This document shows positions 27,603 through 41,399 of a stretch of 64,000 nt of DNA, piece by piece. Source of the stretch: Octopus sinensis (Eukaryota); NCBI RefSeq assembly GCF_006345805.1, contig NC_043025.1, positions 3,844,001 to 3,908,000 on the forward strand, read 5' to 3'. The number at the start of each line of letters is the position of its first letter. Position 1 is the stretch's first letter. Position numbers and translations under genes: made by a program. Below the pieces are notes generated by a model, which was not told the DNA's origin, made no database searches, and saw nothing but the letters and a program-made list of their open reading frames with translations.

Positions 27603-28165
27603 GTTTGACTTTTGCTTTGTATTTGTACAAGTTGACTCCAAATTTCACCCAGAGACCTCAAGAGACAACAAGTTAGAAGTTCATGTTGGTGTTATGCCTA
27701 GGGTGTCATATATTTGGTTTTGTACATAGTGTTGTTCTAGAGAATGTTTAAGAAAGCATAAGAAAATTATGTTTGCTTTAAAACTTGAGATTACATAGAA
27801 AGTATTTTGCGTAGGATATGTGCAGTTCCTATGAGCAATATATTTTAAATTTCTGCCATTTTGGGATTTCTTGGTATCTGAGTTAGGTAGCAATCAGCCC
27901 CTTTTGCTATCATTCCTAGGGCACCTATGACAACAGGTATTGCTGTAGTCTTGAGGTTCCACGTTTTGCCAATTTCTATTTCAAGGTCTTTATATTTGCT
28001 CAGGTTTTGGTAGGTCTTGACAGATACATTTATGTCGATTGGGACAGTCATATCAATGGGAAGCCATGGTTTTTGTCTGAAGTCTTTCAATATCATGGCT
28101 GGCCTATTCGCATCTATCTTTCTGTCAGTTTGAATGGTGAAGTTCCAGAGGAGTGAGATGCGATC
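27601..28165 (-). mobile_element. R4/Dong-like non-LTR retrotransposon 3' fragment with restriction-like endonuclease, in a (TAA)n tract
   Basis: IDMTVPIDINVSVKTYQNLSKYKDLEIEIGKTW...IPVVIGALG...AEI*NILLIGTAHILRKIL; (TAA)n on both sides. Confidence 0.8.
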
Positions 28166-28166
28166 A

Positions 28167-28204
<38 letters not shown>

Positions 28205-28469
28205 CTATGAGCTGCCAGAATCATAAGCACACCATTATTATTATTATATTATTATTATTATTATTATTGTATGATCTTATCCCTATGTTAGCAACTATTG
28301 TAATATTCTTTACTTGGGTACAGGTTTTGTGGATGATAGTCAGCTAATTAGGAACAGGTGTGTATAGTACCTAGTTCACTAGGTACAGGGGTTAAAAGGT
28401 ACCCTACTGACTTTCAATGTTCCCCTTGATTGCTCCATATTCATAGGTCATTTCTCAATCTATTGACAG

Positions 28470-28584
28470 GTCAGTCTCAGACGAATATTGTCCACCAGAG
28501 CAAGTGGAGAATATCCAGGATGCAGTTGTCAGCCTACTGGACAGTCGCTATGCCCAGATGCAGCTGGTGAAAAGCTATGAGTGA
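28470..28584 (+). CDS. C5orf22: Terminal coding exon of UPF0489/C5orf22-like gene
   Basis: tattgacag|G completes the Arg codon, then SVSDEYCPPEQVENIQDAVVSLLDSRYAQMQLVKSYE* (family RS..D.YCP..QV..IQ..V motif). AATAAA at 29061-29066. Confidence 0.92.
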
Positions 28585-29565
28585 GTGTCCACTTTGTAAA
28601 GGAGAAAGAACCCGGTCAAGCCTTCAGTGGACATTGGAGCGAGAGGGACAATGTAACATGGTCAGAGGTCAGCTGTCATTGATGGGGATTGTGTTATGGT
28701 CATTTTCTAGGACTGGTCACTTGTAGTGGTCTCAGACAATTCATTTGGTGACAAACACTGATCACATCTCTTTATTGGTCACTACAAATGCACATGCACA
28801 TACATTATCATCATCGTTTTGGTGTCCACTTTAGGCTAGGCACGGGCGTGGCTGGACAGATAAGGAACTTGCTTCCCGACCAAACGGTCTCAGGCTTGGG
28901 CAAGTGTCTTCTGCTATAGCCTCAGGTCAACCAAAACTTTGTGAATACACAGGTTTCTATAACATTATGAATTTGTGTTGCAAGATTCCTGATGTGAAAC
29001 CATGTGGAGAAACAGATGTTGTAATTTCAAGATGGTCATTTTTTTTTGTTTTGTCTGCCTAATAAACACACTGACAATATATTCATTCTTCACTCGTTTA
29101 TTACTGTTCTTATTCTAACTCATGTCCATTGTCTGGAAATCTTTTGTCACGCATCTGTGACCTCCTCAGCAACACTTTCCATCCTCGTGTGTACACTTGC
29201 TTGTGGTTGTGTATAGGCACAGGCATGGCTGTGTGGTAAGAAGCTTGCTTCCAAGCCACATGGTCCCAGGTTCAATCCCACATTGTTTCCACTGGATAAT
29301 GGAAAAAACAATGTGAACTGCAGCCTGCAAAATTTCCTCCTGAAAGTGACTTTATTCACCTACCCACCCCTGGATGGAATACCATGGATTTTATGGACCT
29401 TTTATTGGAAGTCTGCACCTTAATCCCCTATGCTATGCCCATCACACTATTGTACTTTGTTGTATTTCACTTTTATTCTTATTCTTTCTCTAATTTATTC
29501 AAAGGGATAAGCACACTTTCTCTATTTTTAACTGACTTTTATACGTGTTAGCTCCCTAAAACTTG

Positions 29566-29691
29566 AACCCTCTGACGAAGCCTAGGGGCACATCCGTTAT
29601 CCAAGCCTTGTCTGTTCACCCCTGCATATCAATGAAGTGAAGATAACCTGGAAGATTTTGTTGCCTTGTGGCAGAAACGGCCGTAAGGAAT
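29566..29691 (+). ncRNA. Type I hammerhead motif with long stem-II insert
   Basis: cct CTGACGA a gcc [87 nt] ggc a GAAAC ggcc GTA agg; stem III is the palindrome ACGGCCGT. Confidence 0.65.
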
Positions 29692-29729
29692 TAGTACCTC
29701 CACACCCATTGATATATTTACTCATTTGT

Positions 29730-30303
29730 TTGTCAGTCCACCTGTGCATACCTTCCTTCTTGTGACACTTGTGAAGACCTGTTGAGGCAAGTGAAAATCA
29801 AATCAAAACAAATCAAAATAGATGAACATCAATGGAATTTGTATCCTTTATGGTACCAGTGCCGGTGGCACACAAGAAAACCATCCGAACGTGGCCGTAG
29901 CCAGTACCGCATCGACTGGCCTCCGTGCTGTGGGCACTTAACAAACACCATCCAATCGTGGCCGTTCGCCAGCCTCATCTGGCACCTGTGTCGGTGGCAC
30001 ATAAAAACACCATCCGAGCGTGGCCGTTCGCCAGCCTCGTCTGGCACCTGTGTCGGTGGCACATAAAAACACCATCCGAGTGTGGCCGTTCGCCAGCCTC
30101 GTCTGGCACCTGTGTCGGTGGCACATAAAATCACCCACTACACTCATGGAGTGGTTGGCGTTAGGAAGGGCATCCAGCTGTAGAAACACTGCCAGATCTG
30201 ACTGGCCTGGTGCAGCCTTCGGGCTCCCCAGACCCCAGTTGAACCGTCCAACCCATGCTAGCATGGAAAGCGGACGTTAAATGATGATGATGATGATGAT
30301 GAT
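29730..30303 (+). mobile_element. RTE 3'-UTR-only element with three 62-bp repeats (similar at 35310-35706 and 60852-61282)
   Basis: Colinear with 1390-1951 but has no ORF. Confidence 0.8.
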
Positions 30304-31505
30304 ATATGTATGTATATACATTCTTGTTTATGCAATTACCAGTTTTCCGCTCGTTATTCTGTATCACTCATACATGAGTGTGGAATCATCTAATTTAACA
30401 GATAGACATATTTCAATGTTTACTGGTTGATGTCTGTCGATTTTATATCCTCTCCACTTTCTTATTTGCCGTGTAAACCACAGGTGATCTTTTTAATCTG
30501 ACTGATAGAATTATTAATTAATTTTTTTTAAATAAACACTTTGAAACTTCGGATACTTGTAGAATGTGTCACATAGAACACGGTTTACTCTTAATGTTTT
30601 TGACAAGATTTTGTATTTTAGAAGTTATTTCGTGTTAAAGTTGTTGTATTTGGGTAATTTTAACCAATCAATGACGTGTATTCAGCTGAAGAAAATTACT
30701 GCTGCTGTTTGTGAACAACTTCTGGGTCCACTCCCCTAACAAAACCCTTCTTTAATAACCAGAGATGTTTTTATAGCAACACAGGTTTGCTGTATCAGGG
30801 TTGATTTGAGGCTAAATAACAACAAAATTATTACTGAGACAGACCAATGACGGAGCCTGTATGTGGTAGCATGACCTGCTAGAAAAAGTAGCCAAACTTT
30901 TTTTTTATATACAGAATAGAAAAACCTCTATCCTGTGACATACACATAGAGTCCATTATGTCTGGGTAGAAAGATGGAATGGTCACAGTTGGGACGTCTT
31001 TGATCAAATCTATTCAATCAGATCCAACTTGGGACTAAATAAGTGATGAAGGGAACGAGACAAGGCAACAAGAGAGCCTTTACCTGGTCACTCAGGTTGC
31101 TAGAAAGAGCAACCAGATCTTCCTGACAAAAAGAAAAATGAAATTTCCATCTTCAAGAAAATAAATTATTGGAATTTTTATATTATTTTATAATATTATT
31201 TATAATTTGAAGTCAGCAGCCCATGCTTATAAATAACAACTCCCCTCCCACCCCCACATCCCACAGAACAAAAAGCAACTTCCATCACCTCATTTCAAGG
31301 ATGACCGAATTGACGAACCCTGATGAAGCTGCAACAACAATAATACAAGGTTGTGTTTGCAACAGTGAGTAGTCAATGCAGTGGAAACACGTGTAGGTCA
31401 TTATAATTTCCTGTATATAAGTATAAGATAAATTTTGCGGATGTACAGGTCTCCATACTTGTTATTAATAATAATAATATGTATAAATATATGTATAAAT
31501 ATAGG

Positions 31506-31692
31506 TGCAGGAGTGACTGTGTGGTAAGTAGCTTGCTAACCAACCACATGGTCCCGGGTTCAGTCCCACTGCGTGACATCTTGGGCAAGTGTCTTCTGCC
31601 ATAGCCCCGGGCCGACCAATGCCTTGTGAGTGGATTTGGTAGACGGAAACTGAAAGAAGCCTGTCGTATATATGTGTATATATATATATATT

Positions 31693-31725
<33 letters not shown>

Positions 31726-31935
31726 TATATATGTTTGTGTGTCTGTGTTTGTCCCCCTAGCATTGCTTGACAACCGATGCTGGTGTGTTTATGTCCCCGT
31801 CACTTAGTGGTTCGGCAAAAGAGACCGATAGAATAAGTACTGGGCTTACAAAGAATAAGTCCCGGGGTCGATTTGATCGACTAAAGGCGGTGCTCCAGCA
31901 TGGCCACAGTCAAATGACTGAAACAAGTAAAAGAG
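31506..31935 (+). mobile_element. Abundant SINE-like family (copies also at 11478-12280 -, 32140-32480 +, 33491-33875 +, 41525-41890 -, 46885-47030 -, 51097-51445 +)
   Basis: Recurrent head gtggctgtgtggtaagtagcttgc...gggttcagtccc, body ttgggcaagtgtcttc...gaaactgaaagaagcc, an internal microsatellite and tail cagtcaaatgactgaaacaagt. Confidence 0.8.
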
Positions 31936-34185
31936 AGAGAAAGGAGAGATATACACACACACATACACACGCACAAACGTGTTAAAAAGATAAAAGTCTA
32001 GAAGAAGAATGAGTAACAAGCTTTGAAAAAAAAATTAGCCCTGGCGTCAATTTGTTTGAGTACGCCCTTTAATGTGATGCTCCAGCATGGCCACTGTCCA
32101 ATGACCAAAGGACATAAAATGGTAAAAATGGTTTATAGGTGCAAGAGTGGCTGTGTGGTAAGTAGCTTGCTTACCAACCACATGGGCAAGTGTCTTCTGC
32201 TATAGCCCCGGGCCGACCAATGCCTTGTGAGTGGATTTGGTAGACGGAAACTGAAAGAAGCCCATCATATATACGTATATGCGTGTGTATGTGTTTGTGT
32301 GCGTGTGTATGTGTCCCAACATCGTTTGACAACCGATGCTGGTGTGTTTACGTCCCCGTCACCTAGCGGTTCGGCAAAAAGCGACCGATAGAATAAGTAC
32401 TAGGCTTACAAAGAATAAGTCCTGGAGTCGATGTGTTTGACTAAAGACGTTTGCTCCAGCCTGGCCGTAGTCAAAATGACTGAAATAAAAGCGTAAAGGA
32501 GAAAATAAGATTCAGAAGGCCCACACGGAATCCTTGGCAGCAATTATGGTAAGGGAGATAATTCTGACATGACAAGGGAGATAATCATTACATATCTTTT
32601 TCTTTTCCATTCACCTCTTAACAAATTATCCCAAATATTTGCGTTCAGGGATGTCTAGTAAATATATATTTGAAGGGAAATTTACGTCCACTGAGCCCTG
32701 AGGTATCTGTCATTCCTTTCTAACCTAAAATACTTCGTTCAGGATGTTGGCTGCTGTTTTCTATCTGAAACTATCTGAGGTTAATGGAAAAGTTATCATG
32801 ATGGTAGTGAGGGGCTCGAATTGTAAATTAACTTCTTTTCCCCCCAATTTCTGTGTAGAAAATATATCTTTTCATTATTTTGAATCTGTATATAAGGAAG
32901 AATAAGTACACAAATTATTTTGGATCAATTATGATTTATTATGAAATTACTGATAGAAATTATAGTTTCAGGCAGCACTGGCATCAACCATGCTTGAATG
33001 ATGCTTTTTACATGCCACTGGCGTGGGAACCAGTCAAAGGGTACAGGCATCAGCCAGGCAGTACTGGCAAGACAAGAGTGGTTACCGGTTCCAGCATTTA
33101 ACATTTTCGTTACCAACCCGGCTGAAACTGGCTCTGGCTCTGAGTATAAATGTCTTGTTTTCATGAGTTTTGAATTAAAATCTTCCACCAAACCTTAGTC
33201 ACAATTTATGTTCTTAACACTAGCTTAATGATAACTAAGTTATTTCACTAAATATGGTGGCACATAAAAAGCACCCATTACCCTCTTGGAGTGGTTGGTG
33301 TTAGGAAGGGCATCCAGCTGTAGAAACCTTGCAATTTCAGGTTGGAGCCTGGTACAGCCTTCTGGCTTACAAGTCTTCAGTCAAACCGTCCAACCCATGC
33401 TAGCATGGAAAGTGGACGTTAAACGATGATGATGATGATGAACAAATGATTCCTTAATCCTTCAACAATGGAACTGGTTACAACTAGGTGCAGGTATGGC
33501 TGTGTGGTAAGAAGCTTGTTTCCTAACCACATGGTTTCAAGTTCAGTCCCTTGGACAGGTGTTTATAGCCTTGGGCCAACCAAAACTTTGTGAGTAGATT
33601 TGGCAGATGGAAACTGAAAGAAGCCTGTCGTATACAGGTATATATGTATATATTTGTGTGCGTCTTTGTGTCTGTGTTTGTTCCCCTTCATTGCTTGATA
33701 AGAGGTGCTGGTGTGTTTATGCCTCCATAACTTAGCAGTTTGGCAAAGAGAGACTGATAGAATAAATGCCAGGCTTTAAAGAATAAGAGCTAAATTTGAA
33801 ACATTTGGCTAATAATTCTTCAAGACGGTGCCCCAGCATGGCCGCTGTCTAATGACTGAAACAAGTAAAAGAGAAAAGATAATAATATTCTCTATTGAAG
33901 ATATTCCTTAATTCTTCCTCTCTGAAGACTGTTGGCCTATTTAGAAATCTTTGCTAAATGACCTATGCACAGCTATTCCAGAAACAGCTGTAAGGAACTT
34001 TACACATTATTTCTTAATCCCTTATTTACTCTGTACCACTTTCATAAATTATAAATTTTGTTTTTGTTTTTGTTGTTTGCCCAGAAGGTCACAAACCTTT
34101 TATTGGGATATAACATGTTGTATCAATTGCCAAGGTTATCTCTACAGATATTCTATAGAAATTATAACATGCTATATAGCATACT

Positions 34186-34478
34186 GTGGAGGCGCAATGG
34201 CCTAGTGGTTAGGGCAGCTGACTCACGGTCGCAGGATTGCAGTTTCGATTCCCAGACCGGGCATTGTGAGTGTTTATTGAGCGAAAACACCTAAAAGCGC
34301 CACGAGGCTCCAGCAGGGGGTGGTGATCCCTGCTGTACTCTTTCACCACTCTTTCTTCTGTTGGCCTGCTCGCTTAGCCAGCGGGTTGGCGTCATTCAAA
34401 GGCTAAAACAATGCGAACGCATTGTGACCAGCGATGTGTAACAACATCTGATGGTCTGGTTGGTCACGTGATCACGTG
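34186..34478 (+). mobile_element. tRNA-derived SINE, full length with target-site duplication
   Basis: A box tggcctagtgg and B-box-like gtttcgattcc; 12-bp duplication atatagcatact at 34174-34185 and 34479-34490. Confidence 0.85.
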
Positions 34479-36037
34479 ATATAGCATACTATGATTGCAT
34501 ACTGAAATATCACATTCCTACAAGTCATTAATATAACACATATGTCTATGATACATATATAATACAAAACCATATTAACAATATAGATCCTAAACCTGGA
34601 GAAAAAAAGGAAAAAGAAGAACAAAGAAAGAAAAAGAAAGGAAAAAGGAAACAATAGACATCAATGCAACACCAAGTGTTTCAACTGATTGCACAGCCCT
34701 AGGCTCAGTAGAACCTATTGAAGCAAGCCAGGACGCTCACAGCATTACTATGGGTGATGGTGAGGCTAAGACATTGGAACAGCCAAGTACCTTCACGGGC
34801 ATCACCTGACACCACGGTAAGGTGAGCCACCAATGATGACAAGAACTTCGTCATTAGTGGCCCTGTCCCTCCAAACGTCTGAAATGCCAGAGGCTGGAAG
34901 AAATGGTTCGCTGACAGGTCTTGATACCTAAGGATTTTGTTCCATTCAGCTATGGAAACAGTGGCCTTCCCATTTACTGCAGCATCCAGGATATGAGAGG
35001 GAGCAAAAGATTCGCAAACTGTGGGGTCCCAGATGGGGTACCTACCACTTAGCCTGGGACAGTGGGTAAGACTATCTTGTCTCTTCCAGCTTCAGAACTC
35101 AGGAGATATTAACCTGAGCCAGGGTCCCACTTAATGATTAAATTTAGCTGGTGTGATGAGCGAAACAACCAGCATTTGAGACAGACTGTGAAGACCTGTG
35201 GAGTTGAGAAGCCTATCACCATGACATCCCAGTCCCCTGCAGATGTCTGCTCCCACTCTGAGTGTGATGGAGATGAGGAGATTGTCCATTCTCTCAGTCA
35301 AAATCAAAATCAAAATCAAACCAAATCAAATCAGATATCAGAAAGCAGAACCAAAATTGAGGTCGATCAACATCAGTGGAAATTGCAGCTGTGGTTAAGC
35401 GAACCATCCGATCGTGGCCGTTGCCATCGCCGCCCCATCTGGCCTCTGTGCTGGTGGCACGTAAAAGCACCATCCGTTCGTGGCCGTTTGCCAGCTCCGT
35501 CTGGCACCTGTGCGGGTAGCATGTAAAAAGCAACCACTACACTCATGGAGTGGTTGGCGTTAGGAAGGGCATCCAGCTGTAGAAACACTGCCAGATCAGA
35601 CTGGAGCCTGGTGCAGCCTCCTGGCTTGCCAGATCCCTGGTTGAACCGTCCAACCCATGCTAGCATGGAAAGCGGACGCTAAATGATGATGATGATGATG
35701 ATGATGAAGGGAGATAACTATTGATATATAATAAAACTGCCTATATAACAAGGAGGTGCTTACATATACAACAACAACAACAGCAGCAACAGCAACAGCA
35801 ACAAACAAACATTTTCAAAGTTTATCTTTATTTCAAAAAGTTAATTTCTAAGACCAAGGAGTCAAATCCTCTTTAATTTACAAATTATCATCTTAAAGAA
35901 GAAGGACGTGTTAGACAATGTGGTTTTGGGTTCTGTTAGGATAAAAACAGGGTGGTCCTCATTGGAATGCATTTGACCATAGGACCCTGTTTGGTCAAGA
36001 TTGACCTAGGGCCAAAAAACAAAATTTACTCAGAAGT

Positions 36038-36243
36038 TCACTGTCCATCTGATGGAAGACAGTTGACTGCCTCGGTGCACTCGGCATCTTCAAGAGCGTC
36101 CCGGAGGGTTTTGAGTGTGCGCTTCTCAGGATCACATGTTGTAAACCATTTGAGTAGCATCAAATGGGCGTGTTTTACATGGTCATTAGGAAATTCCTTC
36201 TTAAATACTTCCAGCTGAGCTTGCTTCAGTTCTAATTCCCTTC
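36038..36243 (-). CDS. Terminal exon of death-domain protein
   Basis: Minus-strand acceptor tttcacag|GA. Reads RELELKQAQLEVFKKEFPNDHVKHAHLMLLKWFTTCDPEKRTLKTLRDALEDAECTEAVNCLPSDGQ*, fitting death-domain helices 2-6 (ML..W, L..L..AL). Confidence 0.85.
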
Positions 36244-38698
36244 CTGTGAAAGAGAGAACAATAAGAAATAACTGTAAACATCATCATTTAACATCTGGCA
36301 TGGTTTCTATGGCTGGATGCTCTTCCTAATGCTAACCACCCCAAGACTGTTGTGGGTGCTTTTCATGTGACAGCTGCATTGACCATTACTATGATCTCAC
36401 TTGGTTTGACAGTTCTTCACAAAGGTCTCAGGTCATCTGTCACTGCCTCTGTCAGGCCCAACACTCGAATGGTGCTTTTTACATGCCACTGGCATGGGTG
36501 CCAGTCAGATGGCACTGGCATTGGCCACAGCAATGATTTCACTCGGCTTAACAGGTCTTCTTAAGCACAGCATATCGCCCAACATTTGAAGGGTGCTTTT
36601 TATATGCTAATTACACATTGCTCGCATCTTCCATGAAACTACATCAACAGAGAAATAAAAAATAGTTAAGAGATGAGGGATGGCTTCAGGATGCTGAACC
36701 TTTCACACAAGATGACAAAGGACGGAGATACTTGGCGCCTTGCTGTCCTCAAGAAGACCAGTCCTCCACAGCAGAAATGTTAAGGCCACTTCCCCTGGGG
36801 AAGAGGATTGACTGTAAGATCCCTGTGCTGGTGTCACAGTGCCACAGTGCCTGCATAGTGCTATGTTAAAAGTACCCAGTGCCACTCTGTAAAGTGGTTG
36901 GCATGTTAGGAAGGGCAATGTCCAGCCATAGAAACCAAACCAAACCAGACTGGAACCTGGTGCAGCATTCCAGCCTTGCCACCCCTGGTCAAACTGTCCA
37001 ACCCATGCCAGCATGGAAAACAGATGTTAAAGGATGATGATGACGATGATGATGATGTAAACATTATTCTGTAAACATAGTGGGGACTATCAAACAATAC
37101 CAGTAATATTAGGTACACCTGGACCAATTGAATTGCAAATAGACATGATACCAGAATGACCCCAACTAAACACAGCACAAAATATAATACTGTTAGGCAG
37201 ACATCACATATTTTAGAAGACACCAACTTCATCATTCCAAGTTGACGACCCACAATGAGGATTTCCCACAGTGGGTCAATGCCACAATTTAGAGAGAAGT
37301 CGATAATAGAGAAGTCATCATCATCATTTAATGTCTGTTTTCTATGCTGGCATGGGTTGGACAGCTTGTCAAGTGCTGGCAAGCAGGAGGACTGTACCAA
37401 ACTTCGCTGTCTGTTTTGGCAGGGTTTTTTATGGCAGGATACCCTTCCTAATGCCAACCCCTTTAGAGACTGGACTGGGTGATTTTCATGAGTCACCAGT
37501 CTGCTTTGGCATGGCGTTTTACAGCTGGAAGCCCTTCCAAATATCAACCACTCTACAACATGAATTTTTATGTCAGATGACTGAGGGGATATTGTATTGA
37601 CACCCTATGTCAGGGGTCCCTAGCACCGCTCTAGGTCCCTGATAAAGACATCTCTCTATGGTGAAGACTGCCTAGATGTAAATAGGTACCATGGGGAGTT
37701 AGAAGACATTGCTGTAAATAATGGGAAATTTATATAAATGATATTTGATGTTGTTACACATTCAGACAAGGAGAAATGCAATATTGTGATGTTCATGCCT
37801 TTCCAAATGATATTTGTAATGTAAAGGTTCATACATAGATACATAGACACAGCAAATATTGGAAGTCACTTTCACTTTTCATTACCATACAAGGATAAAA
37901 TTAATATGCAAGTGGCTGAGTACTCCACAGATTTCAAATGATTTCAAATGAGAAACGAAATCAAGTTGAGTTTATATCTTCTGTTAGGATAATTATTTTA
38001 TCATTTGTGAGTGTTTCATTAATTTACAGTACTGAGTTCAATTCCCCCATGAACATAATCAACAATGGGGCCGGTCTGTTTAGAGACAGGAGTACAGGCT
38101 GTCCTAGGGCTAAACAACTACGATAATAAATATAGAGGAACAGAGTGGACAGTGGAGAAACAGAAACAGTGCACCATATACAACTGACCACTGGCCGTGA
38201 GTGAAGTGTGATCCTCAACTAGATGTCACTCCAAATACACCCTGTCATGTTGGAATGGAAGCATTTAATGACTCTTTGCTCCCAAGTGAAAGATATCCTA
38301 CTTGAAGCTCTTTTTATATGAAGTCTGCCAGATTAAAGCAGTTATCTTTACAACAACAACAACAACAACATATCAATAAACATAATAAAAATGTAAAACA
38401 AACAAAAACATTGTGCTTAACTCATTTGTTTACCCCTAAACAACAACATATTTTATTCCCCTATTCCAAAAGACATTATTAACCATATTACCTCTGCTAA
38501 ACTCAGCGGTTATCCCTGAAAGTTCAGTAACTCTCTTTAATATTATTAATTTAAGGTTAACCAGTCAAGTGGAAATTACAAATGGAACTTGTTCTCAGCC
38601 AATCTGACAAGCAATATAATAAAAAAAAAAAAGAAGAAAAATCCCAGGCAAAGGTAAAACTTGAAGAAACCAATTAGGTTCCGCTCCTTTATACTCAC

Positions 38699-38770
38699 CT
38701 ATTTGCTGCCATCTAAACTCTATCTTCTTTGAAACTGTCTCAAGAAGCTTCTCATTCAGTTTTGAACCCT
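38699..38770 (-). CDS. Internal exon of death-domain protein
   Basis: tttatttcag|AG and ATAG|gtgagt; 72 nt, phase 1-1. Reads (E)GSKLNEKLLETVSKKIEFRWQQI(G), death-domain helix 1 plus the conserved W..lGR.L after splicing. Confidence 0.85.
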
Positions 38771-40950
38771 CTGAAATAAATATTCAAAAGTTTTGCAATC
38801 TATAATAAGATTTCTTTATCTCTGCTAATAATCTATGAGCTGGACCTGTGGAAAATTCACAGAAAACATCAAAAATGTAGGCATCTGTAAATTGTGTGCT
38901 GGTGACATGAGAAATGTTTCTTTAATGTGACAGTCACAGAATATAGAAAGAAATGTAAAACCAATGACTATATAACCCAACCAAAATATCTCCGTTACAC
39001 AAACGTAAACAGAATTATTATTTAGCCTTAGAATACATCGTACATATTCAGGGAACCCTTTTGGTTTAGTGGTGCGGAATGTTCTTTGGGTATTCTTTTA
39101 TTCTTTTACTTGTTTCAGTCATTTGACGGTGGCCATGCTGGAGCATCGCCCTTTAGTCAAAGAAAGCCAAGCTTGGACTTATTCCCTGTAAACCTGCTGC
39201 TTATTCTATCAGTCTCTTCTATTGAAAAGCTAAGTTACAGGGACGCAAACACACCAACATAGGTTGTCAAACAATGGTGGTGGACAGACAAACTCGGACA
39301 CAAACACACACACATACATACAAATATAAGTTATACATATGCATATACAGTGGTGGTGCCCCAGCATGGCTGCGGCCTTCGGGCTAAAACATTTTTAAGG
39401 ATTTATATATATATATGTGTGTGTGTGTATGTATATACTACCCTGATGTAATCTCCAGGGATACAGACATCCAGCAACAGGACCTCCGTAATGCTATGAT
39501 GGACCGTGAAATCTGGCGTAGCATAGTAAATTCCATTGTCTCGACCACGGTCGAACAACGATGGTGATATATATGACGGGCTTCTTTCAAATTCACTCAT
39601 GCGGCTTTGCTTTGCCCGAGGCTATAGTAGAAGACACTCTTTAAAGTATAAAGCTGAATTTCGTGTAGCCCCCTGTTGGCAATTTTTCTCCCCCACCCAC
39701 TTTGTACGCTTACCCAGTTTTCTGGGCTCTTTTCACAGCTATACCCTGTTTGAAATTTGCATTAGTCTTTGTATGAAAAAAGAAAAGCAAAGGAGGTGGG
39801 GGCTTGTTTGTAGAGAAAATGTTAAACATGAAGAACTATGGAAGAACTATGAAATAAGTACTGGGGGTGGGGGGGGAGAAGAGAGAAGTAACACTCGATC
39901 GTTCTGGAACTCCCAGAATAAGAACGTAAACCCCTGAAAGACTTTCCCTCGATTCCTTACTAAATGTCTTTTGCTCTTCTTCCTTGTTCAAAGAAAACAT
40001 TGATCGTATTTCAGTCATTTGAAATGAATGAGGCTTTCCTTTCCCTGTCTCTATCGCTTCACCCATTTTCCCTACGGTTAAAAGAGTGAAGGGGCATGGC
40101 TCAATGGTTAGGGGTATTTGGCCCACAATCATAAAGTCACGAGTACAATTCCCTGTGGCAGGCTGTGTTCTTGAGCAAGGTACTCTACTTCCCCTTGCTG
40201 TAGTCCACTCAGCTGGCAAAGATGAGTTGTAGCTGTAATTCAAAGGGGCCAGCCTTGTCACATTCTGTGAGTGGCTGAATCACCCTGAGAACTACGTTAA
40301 TGATATGCATATCTGTGGAGTACTCAGCCACTTGCATATTAATTTTATCCTCGTATGGTAATGAAAAGTGAAAGTGATTTCCAATATTTGCTGTGTCTAT
40401 GTATCTATGTATGAACTTTTCTTTGGATTTATGTATCTACCGTGTCTCTCTCACTTCCTCTCTTTCTCTTTCATTTCCTCTGTGTCCCTCTTCTCTCCTG
40501 CTTTTAATTTAACAATGTGTGTATGTATCTACTTTTCCTGCAATGTGATAAACATTTAAACACACAAGACGAATGGCATCAACACTCACTGTCTCTTTCA
40601 CTCTCTCTCTATCTCTCTCATTTTCTCTGTTACTTCCTCTCTGTCCTCGTCTCTCTCCCTTTGCCACTCACTTCTTCGTTTGAAGTGTGACACACACCAC
40701 AGGTACGTACAAAAACAAACAAAACTAAGCGTATTAATATTATTGATATTCTATTATTGTGAGACATTCTTATCATCAATGGTCAACTAGTGACCATTAT
40801 GGCTTTGGTCAATATTTATATACTTTCTGCATTGTTGTTATGTAATAGACTAATCTTCTTAAACCTCTTTTCTCTCTCAGCCAGTATCTGCCTTGAGGAG
40901 AGAGAGAGGGAGGGAGAGAGAGAGAAAGAAAGAGAGAGAGAGAGAGAGAG

Positions 40951-41006
<56 letters not shown>

Positions 41007-41134
41007 GGGGGCCAGTCAGGCGGTACTGACAATGGCCATGAAAAAATCATGTTATTTTTTTTTTGTACGTGTCACCTGCACACCGGCACAAGTGCCAGTA
41101 AGGCGACGCTGGTAACGATCACGCTCAATATATG

Positions 41135-41181
<47 letters not shown>

Positions 41182-41386
41182 TTGTATGTCTTTGTTTGTC
41201 CCCTCACCATCACATGACAACTGATGTTTGGCAGTTTGGCAAAAGAGACCAATAGAATAAGTACTAGGATTACAAAGAATATGTCTAAGGTGGTGCTCCA
41301 TCATGGCCACAGTCAAATGCCTGAAATAAGTAAAAGAATAGAAGAATAAAGAAAAAAAAAATCAGCTGCAGTTATTTTCCACTCAC

Positions 41387-41399
41387 CCTGTTGCTCCAT
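41387..41399 (-). CDS. Probable start-codon portion (MEQQ) of exon 41466-41387 of the death-domain gene
   Basis: Exon bounded by tttctttcag|TG at 41466 and CAGG|gtgagt at 41387. ATG in acaATGG context has an in-frame stop upstream; phase-1 end matches exon 38770. Confidence 0.6.

Noticed and set aside
29340-29400. ESDFIHLPTPGWN as the end of a Penelope GIY-YIG ORF
   Set aside because: Similarity to the W/FI..L.T..P.GLN motif is too weak to call without a search.
34186-34260. tRNA genes at SINE heads (also 24796 and 23007)
   Set aside because: A and B boxes are present, but no full cloverleaf closes and each continues into a repeated body; one has a target duplication.
35146-35175. gctggtg-tgatga-gc-gaaac-aaccagc as a hammerhead
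   Set aside because: C3 is replaced by G, there is no stem II and no NUH site.
39710-39742. 32-nt minus-strand micro-exon with AG/GT ends inside the death-domain gene
   Set aside because: Its open frames end in phase 0 or 2 and do not fit the phase-1 junctions on either side.
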